A DNA stretch of 55,907 nucleotides from a virus. Lineage: Duplodnaviria; Caudoviricetes. Of this stretch, positions 19,004-28,177 are shown in pieces. The position numbers and the translations under genes are program-made. The notes below the pieces were generated by a model. It made no database searches, had not been told where the DNA came from, and saw nothing but the letters and a program-made list of their open reading frames with translations. The stretch spans positions 1-55,907 of IMG/VR virus record IMGVR_UViG_3300027976_000049. One strand, written 5' to 3'. Positions within the stretch are counted from its first letter, which is position 1; each line of letters starts with the position of its first letter.

Positions 19004-19022
19004 TTATTTATTATTTTATCAT

Positions 19023-20189
19023 TTACATATCAAAAAGTAAATCATCGATACCTAGCTCCTTAAATGGATCATCAGTATAGAACTTCTTGTGTACTTTTCC
19101 TAGTGCTACAAATTGTAAGAACATGGAAGCAACTACCGCCATTGTGTGAATTTCAGACATATGAGATAAACTTGCTTTTTGTCTTCCTGAATATGAATCA
19201 TCTTCAGGGTTGTATTCTCCCTCAGTTGCAGCTAATTTTTGGAAAGCATCTAATTTAGGTTTTAGTGCATCTTCATCTAGTGTTACTGAACTAATTTCAT
19301 AAGACAATTTAGATAATTTGTTCTTTTTATCTATTGCGCCTTGGTTGTCTGAGTATCTATTGTTAATTTCTGCCCATTCAGCGGGTGTAATATTTCCAAC
19401 TAATTCTTTAAATTCATCAGATTTCTTATCTGATGCATCTCCTACGAACTTCTGAGCTATAGTATTAAAGTTGCTAATAAAGTACTTAATGAATTGTTTA
19501 GCAGTAACCTCTTTAATATCAACTCGAGTTTTCCTTTTATCATTAACCCTAGTTTCTTCTTCCATTATGTATAAAACTGAATCATCGTCCATATCATCCG
19601 CCATTTGACCGATTGTACCTTCCCATGCTGATATTGGATCTCCTGAATCTCCATCAAGAGTAACGACTCTCATATAAAGACCTCTTTTATTAGAAGTTCC
19701 TTGCTCTCTTGCATCTTCTGTGTTACGAATATCTGCATCTAACATTTGCGACTTAGACATTTTACCTGTTTTACGAGTTAAATAATGAATCTGATCTTGA
19801 TTTGGGTTTACTAAGATTAACCTAAGTCCAGAATCCTTTCTTGAATCCAATAATTGAGTTAGGTAATGATATATGTTTCGCTTACCTGATTTTGATCCCT
19901 TTACTTCTATATCGTGAGATAGTGGAGCATCTTCTCTTTCCGGCCACGGTCCACCCTTTGCTTTATAAGGTTCCTTACGTGTGTGAAACTTTGAAGTTTC
20001 TCTTCCTGATGTAGGATCTTTTTGTACATCTCCATTTTGAGACATCCTGTGAACTTTACCACTAAGTTTGTGAATAAACTGCATTAGGTTTTTTGGAACT
20101 CCTAATTTTGTAAGTTCCGATGCCATTTCATTTATTGCACCAGTGTTGTTAAAATTAGCAAATCCCTTGATATAATTGTTGATTTTCAT
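19023..20189 (-). CDS. Putative virion protein
   Basis: 388 aa with tag IKGFANFNN...INE. GATAAATAATAA at 20216-20227. Confidence 0.8.
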   Translation of the reverse strand: MKINNYIKGFANFNNTGAINEMASELTKLGVPKNLMQFIHKLSGKVHRMSQNGDVQKDPTSGRETSKFHTRKEPYKAKGGPWPEREDAPLSHDIEVKGSKSGKRNIYHYLTQLLDSRKDSGLRLILVNPNQDQIHYLTRKTGKMSKSQMLDADIRNTEDAREQGTSNKRGLYMRVVTLDGDSGDPISAWEGTIGQMADDMDDDSVLYIMEEETRVNDKRKTRVDIKEVTAKQFIKYFISNFNTIAQKFVGDASDKKSDEFKELVGNITPAEWAEINNRYSDNQGAIDKKNKLSKLSYEISSVTLDEDALKPKLDAFQKLAATEGEYNPEDDSYSGRQKASLSHMSEIHTMAVVASMFLQFVALGKVHKKFYTDDPFKELGIDDLLFDM

Positions 20190-20281
20190 AATTAATAGGT
20201 TTTTTGTCGATATTTTTATTATTTATCAGCGTTGAGTGTTATTTTTTATTCAATAATGTAAAACATATTATACATATAAAT

Positions 20282-20309
20282 AAAAAAGTCCCTCGATAGA
20301 GGGACTTTT
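20282..20309. terminator. Bidirectional intrinsic terminator
   Basis: AAAAAAGTCCCTC-gata-GAGGGACTTTT. Confidence 0.85.
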
Positions 20310-20728
20310 TATCGTATTAATTCTATTTCAAGTTTAGGCCTGATTTTACGCTCAATTTTAAAGTTCATATTTAAAGAGTGGCCTCTCAGTTTAGATATGG
20401 TATCAGTACCTGGGATACCTTCCATTGTTTTTCCATGTATTGAATCACCTTTTATATATCCCATATCGTCAATCTGATCCAGTGGTTTATTATATTCAAT
20501 TATTATCATGTCAACTGTATGAAGCTTATGAGTTATATTAAATTTACCGAAGTCCCATTTCTTTTCATCTATAATATCAAATATTTCCTTTCCAAGCTGG
20601 CCTAAAAATGTAATTTTATTAGGCCACTTCCGATGTTCATATGCAAGGTTCTGTATATTCTCAGATATAATATTGAATAATAGTATTGGAAAATCATTTC
20701 CCTTTAGTATTGGAACCTTAAATTTCAC
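20309..20728 (-). CDS. Hypothetical protein
   Basis: 139-aa ORF in an operon. Confidence 0.75.
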   Translation of the reverse strand: MKFKVPILKGNDFPILLFNIISENIQNLAYEHRKWPNKITFLGQLGKEIFDIIDEKKWDFGKFNITHKLHTVDMIIIEYNKPLDQIDDMGYIKGDSIHGKTMEGIPGTDTISKLRGHSLNMNFKIERKIRPKLEIELIR

Positions 20729-21026
20729 GTATTTTAAAATCTTCTATGTTAGGCGTAGTATTAGTGTTCATATTAGATAGAATATTTTTAATGATGGCAT
20801 TTATTTTATATTCATCATATCCTTCTATTGAATAGTCTTTTCCATTTTTTATAAATGTTCTTATCTTTCCATCTAAACAATTAATATTGAACCTACTCGG
20901 GGGATTAGCAATTACTCCAAAACTATATATGAAACCTTCACGGTCATAGTGTTTAGGACTAGCATTTGCATATCTCTCTAATACCGCATATATATCCTCT
21001 GCTATTTTAGTAGGAATTCGTTCCAT
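20718..21026 (-). CDS. Hypothetical protein
   Basis: 102-aa ORF in an operon. Confidence 0.75.
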   Translation of the reverse strand: MERIPTKIAEDIYAVLERYANASPKHYDREGFIYSFGVIANPPSRFNINCLDGKIRTFIKNGKDYSIEGYDEYKINAIIKNILSNMNTNTTPNIEDFKIREI

Positions 21027-21029
21027 GTG

Positions 21030-21233
21030 TTATTTGATGATGCCCATTATATTAGATTCATCAACTTTAATAACTGACATTTCAGACATCGAATCCTTAA
21101 ACTCTACATTTAATTTGTCTTCTACGTCAGAAACACTTGTTCCTTCTACTATGTAATTTTCTTTAGTCTTTTGAATTTTTCCAGTCTTATCGTTAACTGT
21201 TTCAAATTGTATTCTTGCTGTGTAATATTTCAT
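21030..21233 (-). CDS. DUF4494-like protein
   Basis: GKIQKTKENYIVEGTSVSDVE pattern. Confidence 0.7.
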   Translation of the reverse strand: MKYYTARIQFETVNDKTGKIQKTKENYIVEGTSVSDVEDKLNVEFKDSMSEMSVIKVDESNIMGIIK

Positions 21234-21307
21234 GTTTTTAATTTTGATTGTTAATTAATATATTGTATTATACTTAATAATAATAATTAGTTTAATTATT
21301 AAATCGA

Positions 21308-22741
21308 CTACTTGACTTTTAATGAATTTACCATATTATCGATGGCAATACATTCATTAAAAGTATTTGCGGTATGTTTATCATTTCTCAATTTAATGAA
21401 GACGGGGTGTAATAGTGAATAGTTTCCTTTACTGTCGTGTGATATTCCAGAGCATTTTACTTCAACAATTGTTCCCATTAATTTATCCTGATTGTTAGTT
21501 ATGTATTTCATATCAACATCTGAAATTCCAGCAGGAGATGTTTTAAGTAATCCATCTTCACATTCAACATCAATTGACGATATTAACAATTCATTCTTAG
21601 ATCCAGGAGTTCCATAATTAAAGCTTACAATCTTTAAATCATAATAGTCAACTTTTTTCATCTTGATCTGCCAGTTTGGCTTTCCGTCCTTCCATATACC
21701 ATCTATTGATTTAAGAATAGTTCCTTCTAATCCTCTATTTAAAGCATCTACAAAGTGCTCCATTGCTTCTGAGTATGACGTTACTATCTTATGTTCGACA
21801 ATATCAACATTCATGTCAGTATCTTGATTAGCAATGATCTCAATCATTAACTCATGTAATCGTTTACTATATGGTACTAGAGATTTATTAGCATCATAAT
21901 ATTCTAATTCAATCCTATCCCATACCGTATAAACAATTAGATTTAGTAATTCGTTATACGTTCGATTGTATCGTTCAAATAAGTGAGACATTTCATCACT
22001 TACGTCAATTCCGTCTCTTAATTTTGTAGTAATTCCAATTACTGAATTTACGATTCCATTAGCAGTATTCCTATCGAACCCCGGGATAGTTAATTCCCCA
22101 TTTAATACACAGTCGCCGAACTTAGATAGATCATCCATTAGTTTTGATCCAGTAAGTAATGTAGTTTCTCCAGATCTAGATTCTAAATATGCTTCGCCAT
22201 CTTCTATGATAGCATTACAATATCTGCCATCCATTTTGATTTGACTGTAAGCCATTGTTCTAGTTTCCGTTCCTTTAGTTTGCGTATTAGTTGGAGTAAA
22301 TATATCCTTCGCTAATTTTTCACTAAATGCTTTAGCTCCCATGTAAGGAGTTTTTTCAATTAATTTAGGAAATATCTTATTGATGTTAGATGTACCCATT
22401 CCAATCTTTAAATCTTTTTCAATTATTCGTTGAATAACGTAAGCATCGTCAGGAGATGATGTTCCCAATATTGATTTAAGATGTTCAATTCCTGCATGTC
22501 CAGTAACATCCCGGTTGCTTAATTGAGATAATCCTCCGTCAATCGATGATTCTAAATCTCCAACAAACGCAGATTGTTTAAAGTCAGGAAGCTTCTTAAT
22601 ATAATATTTTACCCTTGGACTTTTAGCCGCATATAATACTTTCTTTAATAGTTCATTACTATCATATTTTCTAAGGATATTCATTTTAGCGTTTGAACCT
22701 GGTTCATTTGCTATTTCGTCAAGTATTGCTTTAATATTCAT
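21308..22741 (-). CDS. ATP-dependent DNA ligase (T4 gp30-like)
   Basis: QIKMDGRY (KxDG), LNGEL, EGTILK, WQIKMK and LLHPVF motifs. Confidence 0.95.
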   Translation of the reverse strand: MNIKAILDEIANEPGSNAKMNILRKYDSNELLKKVLYAAKSPRVKYYIKKLPDFKQSAFVGDLESSIDGGLSQLSNRDVTGHAGIEHLKSILGTSSPDDAYVIQRIIEKDLKIGMGTSNINKIFPKLIEKTPYMGAKAFSEKLAKDIFTPTNTQTKGTETRTMAYSQIKMDGRYCNAIIEDGEAYLESRSGETTLLTGSKLMDDLSKFGDCVLNGELTIPGFDRNTANGIVNSVIGITTKLRDGIDVSDEMSHLFERYNRTYNELLNLIVYTVWDRIELEYYDANKSLVPYSKRLHELMIEIIANQDTDMNVDIVEHKIVTSYSEAMEHFVDALNRGLEGTILKSIDGIWKDGKPNWQIKMKKVDYYDLKIVSFNYGTPGSKNELLISSIDVECEDGLLKTSPAGISDVDMKYITNNQDKLMGTIVEVKCSGISHDSKGNYSLLHPVFIKLRNDKHTANTFNECIAIDNMVNSLKVK

Positions 22742-22772
22742 AATATTATTATACTAAATTTCCTTATAATAT

Positions 22773-22844
22773 AAAAACCCGAGAAGTAGCGATACTATCT
22801 CGGGGGTTTTTCATAGCGTAACTATGACGGGTCCTAAGCCGTTA
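22773..22844 (-). ncRNA. Structured 3'-UTR/terminator element complementary to 23S rRNA H69-H71
   Basis: + strand CGTAACTATGACGGGTCCTAAG (22817-22838) and GTAGCGA (22786-22792) versus 23S rRNA CGTAACTATAACGGTCCTAAG-GTAGCGA. Hairpin CCCGAGA-AGTA-GCGA-TACT-A-TCTCGGG flanked by A and T tracts. Confidence 0.6.
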
Positions 22845-23276
22845 AAATTTTAAAGTAGGATTCTCCATGTTTAAATGAGCATCTGCCCATCCTGATTTAA
22901 GTTCTACTGCATATTGTGCAGGTGCTTTACTTTTGTATATTTTTAAATTTTCATCTGATTCTCCATTATATGGATCCATTGTAAAGCTATCTACCATATT
23001 CATATCTGCATCAAAGAATAAGATATCAAGTGCATAATTAACGTTTTTCATCCAGAAATCTAATATACTTGGATTTTCATATATAAATATCATGCCAGTA
23101 TTGGCATGGGGCTCATCTGAGTCCATTAAACCTCTTGCCTTTGTATTATCATTTGCAGCTACTATAAGTTTAATAGGAGTGCCTGATATGCTAGCGCTTA
23201 TTTCCTTTCCATCGATGTCACTTTTTCGACAAAAACCTTCAAACATTGGAATTATTCTATGTGTAATATATTGCAT
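22842..23276 (-). CDS. DUF192 family protein
   Basis: ARGLM, GMIFIY, FWMKNVNYALDILF and AQYAVELKSG motifs. Confidence 0.9.
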   Translation of the reverse strand: MQYITHRIIPMFEGFCRKSDIDGKEISASISGTPIKLIVAANDNTKARGLMDSDEPHANTGMIFIYENPSILDFWMKNVNYALDILFFDADMNMVDSFTMDPYNGESDENLKIYKSKAPAQYAVELKSGWADAHLNMENPTLKF

Positions 23277-23313
23277 ATATGATTATTTATCTAATTAGAA
23301 GTTGATAACTATG

Positions 23314-24243
23314 TTATAACGATATTAGCATATCCATTAATTCTTGCTGAGGAAACATATCAGATTTATCTTTCCTTATATTAGAATGTGTTAGTAGACC
23401 TTTAGCTTTGCCATAATATGCATCTTTATTCCATTCGAATGCATCTGCACCTTTTGCTTTAATCCATGTTGGTAATCCTGCTATAATGTCAATATTATCT
23501 CTATCACCAATAAATAATATTAAATTTTTCAATGATTCAATTTGCATATCAGAATATTTGTGCCATGTTGAGTGACCTCTAAATGGCTTATCTAATATAA
23601 CTATTTGTGAATCATCTGCTAATACTCCAGAATATGTATAATATGAATTTGGGTTTTTAGTTATCCAAATACCGTTTTTAGTATATCCACCCTTTGTTAA
23701 ATATGCAAAGTTATTTACTTCAATACCTACTGAGTTTTTATGCATACTCTGAGAACCATTCTTTCCTAAGTGCCATCCATAATTTCCAGCAGGAAATGAT
23801 TGTACAACATCACCGTCATAACTATCATCGTCACCCTTAACACTTGGTCCGCCAATTATGAATTCAGTTGAAACTGCTCCTCTAGAATCTCTACCCCAAT
23901 GATCGATTGTTTTATATGGATTTTGCCAGCCGGCAGTATGGTGCAAAAACATATATTCTGGATTAATTGGACCTTGTTTGTATTCAGATATTGGTAAAAA
24001 ATGTTTGTTTATAATTAATCCATTTTCTGTAGAATAGTACGTCTCCGAAAGGTCAGTAGTAGCCAAACCCATACAATTCCAAGTGGCAGGGCCCACAATG
24101 CCATCAGCAACAAGACCATTATCGGCTTGCCATTCTTTAACAGATCTTTCTGTTCCTTTACCAAAGATGCCATCTATTGTAATATCCAAGAATTCCTGAA
24201 GTTCATTAACATAATTTCCGATGGTTCCAATTTTTAAAATCAT
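23314..24243 (-). CDS. N-acetylmuramoyl-L-alanine amidase with PG-binding domain
   Basis: IDGIFGKGT...GLVADGIVGPATW, then LHHTAG, WHLG, SVGIEV and THSN..KDKSD. Confidence 0.9.
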   Translation of the reverse strand: MILKIGTIGNYVNELQEFLDITIDGIFGKGTERSVKEWQADNGLVADGIVGPATWNCMGLATTDLSETYYSTENGLIINKHFLPISEYKQGPINPEYMFLHHTAGWQNPYKTIDHWGRDSRGAVSTEFIIGGPSVKGDDDSYDGDVVQSFPAGNYGWHLGKNGSQSMHKNSVGIEVNNFAYLTKGGYTKNGIWITKNPNSYYTYSGVLADDSQIVILDKPFRGHSTWHKYSDMQIESLKNLILFIGDRDNIDIIAGLPTWIKAKGADAFEWNKDAYYGKAKGLLTHSNIRKDKSDMFPQQELMDMLISL

Positions 24244-24325
24244 AATTAATTTTTAATGAGCACTAGAATATGGAGCGTCGTATATGAAGTTCCCTATTCT
24301 AGCGTTTGAGATATTGATGAATATA

Positions 24326-24664
24326 TTAAGCTTCTTCTTCTTCTTCTTCTTCTTCTTCTTCTTCGCCTTCTTCAGTTTCCTCTTCCATTCCCTCTTCGTC
24401 TTCACCTTCTTCATCTGGTTCTAACGCTTCAAGTCTTTCAGTTAAATCATCAATCATAGCCTTTAGGTCTTCTAGAGTAACTTCTTCCTCTTCCATTCCC
24501 TCTTCGTCTTCTGCAAATTCATCTGCAGCTTGGTCTTCTTCTTCTTCTTCTGGATTAGCTCCATATTGCATTCCTGCACTTAAGCCATCTTCTTCTTCGA
24601 AACCGGCTTGTTCGTTTAATGCCTTTGATTTCATGAATCCTTTAAAATCTTTTACTTTACTCAT
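24326..24664 (-). CDS. Highly acidic protein, putative prohead core/scaffold component
   Basis: Glu-rich with a short coiled coil (LEDLKAMIDDLTERLEAL). Tag VKDFKGF...LNE. GATAAATAATAA at 24679-24690. Confidence 0.7.
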   Translation of the reverse strand: MSKVKDFKGFMKSKALNEQAGFEEEDGLSAGMQYGANPEEEEEDQAADEFAEDEEGMEEEEVTLEDLKAMIDDLTERLEALEPDEEGEDEEGMEEETEEGEEEEEEEEEEEA

Positions 24665-24739
24665 TACGATATAATTTTTTATTATTTATCATCAGCTATT
24701 TAACAAAATACGATTTTTATTTTTTTATCCAATGCATAA

Positions 24740-25207
24740 TTATTTTTTAGCTTCTTCTAATTGTTCGTCTAATTTGTTGATTTCTCCCATCGCTGGACGT
24801 AATAGCATACTAGCAGTAAATAACTTAGTCGCGGAATCAGATCCCTTGCCTTCAAAATTATTCATAAAGAATCCTACAGATTCAATACATGCAGAAGTTA
24901 ATTCAACCTCATATCTAGTTTCCCTATCTTGAGTTTTAAGTCCCTGTACGATACTAACTAACTCAGATTTTGCTACTAATAGTAAGTATGCTTGTTGCGG
25001 CCCTTTAAATGTGGATTTTTCCATTAAATTTCTAAAGAATACAGCATCTCCATACGCTATACCTACTGTAAATTTTCCCATTCGTTTAATCTTAAGGTCT
25101 TCATAAACCTGTTCAGCGGGACTAAGCTTTAATTCTTTAACATCCGCTTGAACGGTATCCTCAATTACAGTATCTATAATTTCTAATTCATTTTTAGTTT
25201 CTTGCAT
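24740..25207 (-). CDS. Hypothetical protein
   Basis: 155 aa, with AAACT-N16-GTATAAT upstream. Confidence 0.8.
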   Translation of the reverse strand: MQETKNELEIIDTVIEDTVQADVKELKLSPAEQVYEDLKIKRMGKFTVGIAYGDAVFFRNLMEKSTFKGPQQAYLLLVAKSELVSIVQGLKTQDRETRYEVELTSACIESVGFFMNNFEGKGSDSATKLFTASMLLRPAMGEINKLDEQLEEAKK

Positions 25208-25258
25208 AATATTGTAAATTTTATAATATTATACTAAACACACAATAAGAAGTTTTAA

Positions 25259-26743
25259 TTAAGTTACAATATTAGGTGTTTTTCCTGCTTGTTTATCAAG
25301 GTCTTTGAATCCATACTTATTGATTATTGATATAAGCACATCCGCATAAGTACCACTTGTCGCATATCCAGCAGACTGTAGTGCTTTTGCCTGTTCCTCT
25401 GGTGTCGTTGCATCTCTTACGATTTGATATCTCGATAATGTTAATAGTAAGTTAGAGTGATCTAATATGCTGTCTTTCAGTGATGCATATTTTCTAAAAT
25501 CCAGCGTATATGTTCCCTCTTTTCCATCGTATACCTCGGATGTAGATGCAGATACCTTACTTCCATCCCAGTATTTAGTATGTGATCCACTTGCTTTTAT
25601 TCCAAACATGTTATTAGCGCCACTAATCGTTGATTTACCCCACCCTGTTTCTAGTGCAGCCTGTGCAAGTTTAACAGATGGAAATAGAGTAGTTCCTTCG
25701 GTTGCTGATATCATAGATGGTCCATATTTACTCATAAAGTCGGATGGACTTAATTTAATATTAGTGGATACATTATTATCTTCAATAGTAATATAGTCAT
25801 TACTGTTTGTTTTAGAAATTACTCCACTTTTTGCCGCAATAACAAATAATTTTTTAAATACTATCCCAACAGGTGTATTTGTTATATCATCGTTATTCAT
25901 TACAATTGTTTCTCCGTTTAGCAGTACTTCCCCAATTAGTTTCATATTACGGTCATATACTTTAAACATATCTCCTTTGTATTTTGCAGTAAGAAATCTT
26001 TTGTTTGCTTTATCATATACCTTATAGTAATATTTTCCTTTATTACGTGCACCGTTTTGTGCAATATTAGTACTTGATTCGACTCCAATATTTGATATAT
26101 TGTTACGACTAGTGCCACTACCATCCCATTCAGTCTTATATTTTCCTTTATATCTAAATGATGCAGTCTTAGTTGGATTTCTATTTGCGACTGAGTTCCA
26201 TCCAGAAAGTGTGTAGTTTATTTCTATTTGTCCCTTTTTATCTCCTTCAAATCCACCAGATGAATTTGATACTATTTTATTATCATCTACTACCACACCA
26301 ACGTGTCCAGGCTTAGTGCCTCTTCTAGTTAGTATGATATCACCTGGTATACTATCTGATTTCCAGTTTGATATCTTAACCCAGTCGGATGACGTATTCA
26401 TGTAGTCCCACATATTAGATGTGCTTAATTCTATTGTTTTATTGTTTATCATGGGGTATCCAGTTGCTCTATAAAAAATAAGAGATACTGCTGCTGCGCA
26501 TCCTAGTGATCCGGTTTCAGTGCCAGGAACGTTTCTAGTTGGAACGTTAATATTAGCATACGCAGATTTTACAATATCACCAAGTGGGCCGTTTATAGGG
26601 ATATCAGTAGGTTCATGAGATGATTTATCTGTTAACCCTATTTTACTTCCAAAACTATCTATATTTGAAGGAACTGAATCTTCTTCTATATGTTTAAGGC
26701 GATCGGTGTTTAGCCAATTATCAAATGTTTCTATTTCTGTCAT
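25259..26743 (-). CDS. Two-domain muralytic protein: NlpC/P60-like peptidase plus GH73 glucosaminidase
   Basis: LGCAAAVS...PGDIIL...GHVGVV, then LAQAALETGWG, NNMFGIKA and AGYATS. Confidence 0.88.
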   Translation of the reverse strand: MTEIETFDNWLNTDRLKHIEEDSVPSNIDSFGSKIGLTDKSSHEPTDIPINGPLGDIVKSAYANINVPTRNVPGTETGSLGCAAAVSLIFYRATGYPMINNKTIELSTSNMWDYMNTSSDWVKISNWKSDSIPGDIILTRRGTKPGHVGVVVDDNKIVSNSSGGFEGDKKGQIEINYTLSGWNSVANRNPTKTASFRYKGKYKTEWDGSGTSRNNISNIGVESSTNIAQNGARNKGKYYYKVYDKANKRFLTAKYKGDMFKVYDRNMKLIGEVLLNGETIVMNNDDITNTPVGIVFKKLFVIAAKSGVISKTNSNDYITIEDNNVSTNIKLSPSDFMSKYGPSMISATEGTTLFPSVKLAQAALETGWGKSTISGANNMFGIKASGSHTKYWDGSKVSASTSEVYDGKEGTYTLDFRKYASLKDSILDHSNLLLTLSRYQIVRDATTPEEQAKALQSAGYATSGTYADVLISIINKYGFKDLDKQAGKTPNIVT

Positions 26744-26765
26744 ATCGTAATTGTTATTTATTTAT

Positions 26766-27257
26766 TTATTTCATCCTATCTAATATAATCATTTGAGATA
26801 TATGCATTTTTGAATATACCACATCTATATCTATAAATCCGGCCCAATCTACTTCATCAAGTTGAAGTTGAGATTTCGGAACTCGGTGATCATTTAATCC
26901 AATCTGTTCAGGACTATCTATTGTCATTGTGAAATAAATTAATTGAGACTTAACCTTTCCATTTTTTCCAAAATGATTAGCTACTTGTGGAGCTAAATCA
27001 AGTTCATTAGACCTGATAATTATACCAGTTTCTTCCTTGAGTTCTCTAATAGCAGCTTCTTTTTCTGATTCTCCATGCTCAATACCACCCTTTGGAATTC
27101 CATATGCACTCTTGTTCCAACTTCCATTAGTTGGATGAACTACTAATATCTTGTTACCCCATTTAATAGCGACGCCTGCTGTATTCTTACTTATAGATGG
27201 ATCTATATCTTCATATGATTCAGTCATTATAAAATCGTTAAAGTTTTTTACCTTCAT
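26766..27257 (-). CDS. NUDIX hydrolase
   Basis: Nudix box GGIEHGESEKEAAIRELKEETG. Tag VKNFNDFIMTE. Confidence 0.93.
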   Translation of the reverse strand: MKVKNFNDFIMTESYEDIDPSISKNTAGVAIKWGNKILVVHPTNGSWNKSAYGIPKGGIEHGESEKEAAIRELKEETGIIIRSNELDLAPQVANHFGKNGKVKSQLIYFTMTIDSPEQIGLNDHRVPKSQLQLDEVDWAGFIDIDVVYSKMHISQMIILDRMK

Positions 27258-28120
27258 TTTTGTTGTTTATAATATTTTGAATAATTCATGGTGTGTTTAG
27301 ATTTAACAAGCATTGAATCATAATGTTTTTGCTTATAATACTTACTTACACTTTCTTCAATCATTTTATTTTTAACCCAGTTTGGAATCTTAGTTGAATA
27401 ATAATCATTATATGCATATTCATATACGGTAAGTGCTTGGTGCGGATTAAGATCTAATTTTCTGTTAACTCCATTTACGTATAATCCTCCTTGTATTGAT
27501 TCATATATTTCAATATTATAAAAATCTAGGTCGTACTTTTTATGTAACGTTCTAGCTATATTTTTAACCTCGGTCATTAATGCAAATCTTCTCATATCCA
27601 CATCTAATGGAAATTTGTTGATTTTTTCAACAATACTAATAGGTTCTCCTTTAAAAGATAGAACGTTAAATTTTGTTTTAGGTACTATCTTTTCTCTAAA
27701 TCGTTCATAAACTCCTTCAGATGCTCTTAATTTACCAATTGTTTTAAATTCAGTTTCACTATTTTTACTATATGCAGTAATAGGGAACTTTAATTGTTTA
27801 GTATCTTTTATATTATACTTTTGATTTGTAATAAACTTCTCATTCTTAAAATCATCGAATACTTCTTCAATTGATGGCATCTCATTTAAATTGTACGTGA
27901 ATTCACCTGACTCGTATATTGCAGTTGATTCGCTTGTAAAATCGTCTGATACTATTATCGGAATATTCTTATGATTTTCCTTAAGATCAAACTTATTTTT
28001 AATGTAATCAAAGTACGGAAATTCAATAGTTTCATTAGTAGCAATTGCCACCCTATTAATAAATGAGGCTACATCATTTGAATATTGTCTAGTATATTGA
28101 TCGAAGTTCTTAAAATTCAC
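27254..28120 (-). CDS. Degenerate ATP-grasp (RimK-like) fold protein
   Basis: GTG start. LKFPI, FREKI and LDFYNIEI...GLYVNGVN resemble an ATP-grasp C-terminus (E-x-N altered). Confidence 0.5.
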   Translation of the reverse strand: MNFKNFDQYTRQYSNDVASFINRVAIATNETIEFPYFDYIKNKFDLKENHKNIPIIVSDDFTSESTAIYESGEFTYNLNEMPSIEEVFDDFKNEKFITNQKYNIKDTKQLKFPITAYSKNSETEFKTIGKLRASEGVYERFREKIVPKTKFNVLSFKGEPISIVEKINKFPLDVDMRRFALMTEVKNIARTLHKKYDLDFYNIEIYESIQGGLYVNGVNRKLDLNPHQALTVYEYAYNDYYSTKIPNWVKNKMIEESVSKYYKQKHYDSMLVKSKHTMNYSKYYKQQK

Positions 28121-28134
28121 GGGTATCTACTATT

Positions 28135-28166
28135 TTTATTATTTATTATGAGATAAATAAAATAAA
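28135..28166. promoter_or_regulatory. Back-to-back late-type promoters
   Basis: AATAAATAATAAA on minus and GATAAATAAAATAAA on plus, between divergent genes. Confidence 0.6.
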
Positions 28167-28177
28167 ACCTACATAAA

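Noticed and set aside
22786-22838. rRNA gene or rRNA contamination
   Set aside because: Only about 28 nt match, in permuted order, inside phage intergenic sequence. Reported instead as a candidate regulatory RNA.
24330-24365. (CTT)n microsatellite
   Set aside because: Simply encodes the poly-Glu tail of the acidic protein.
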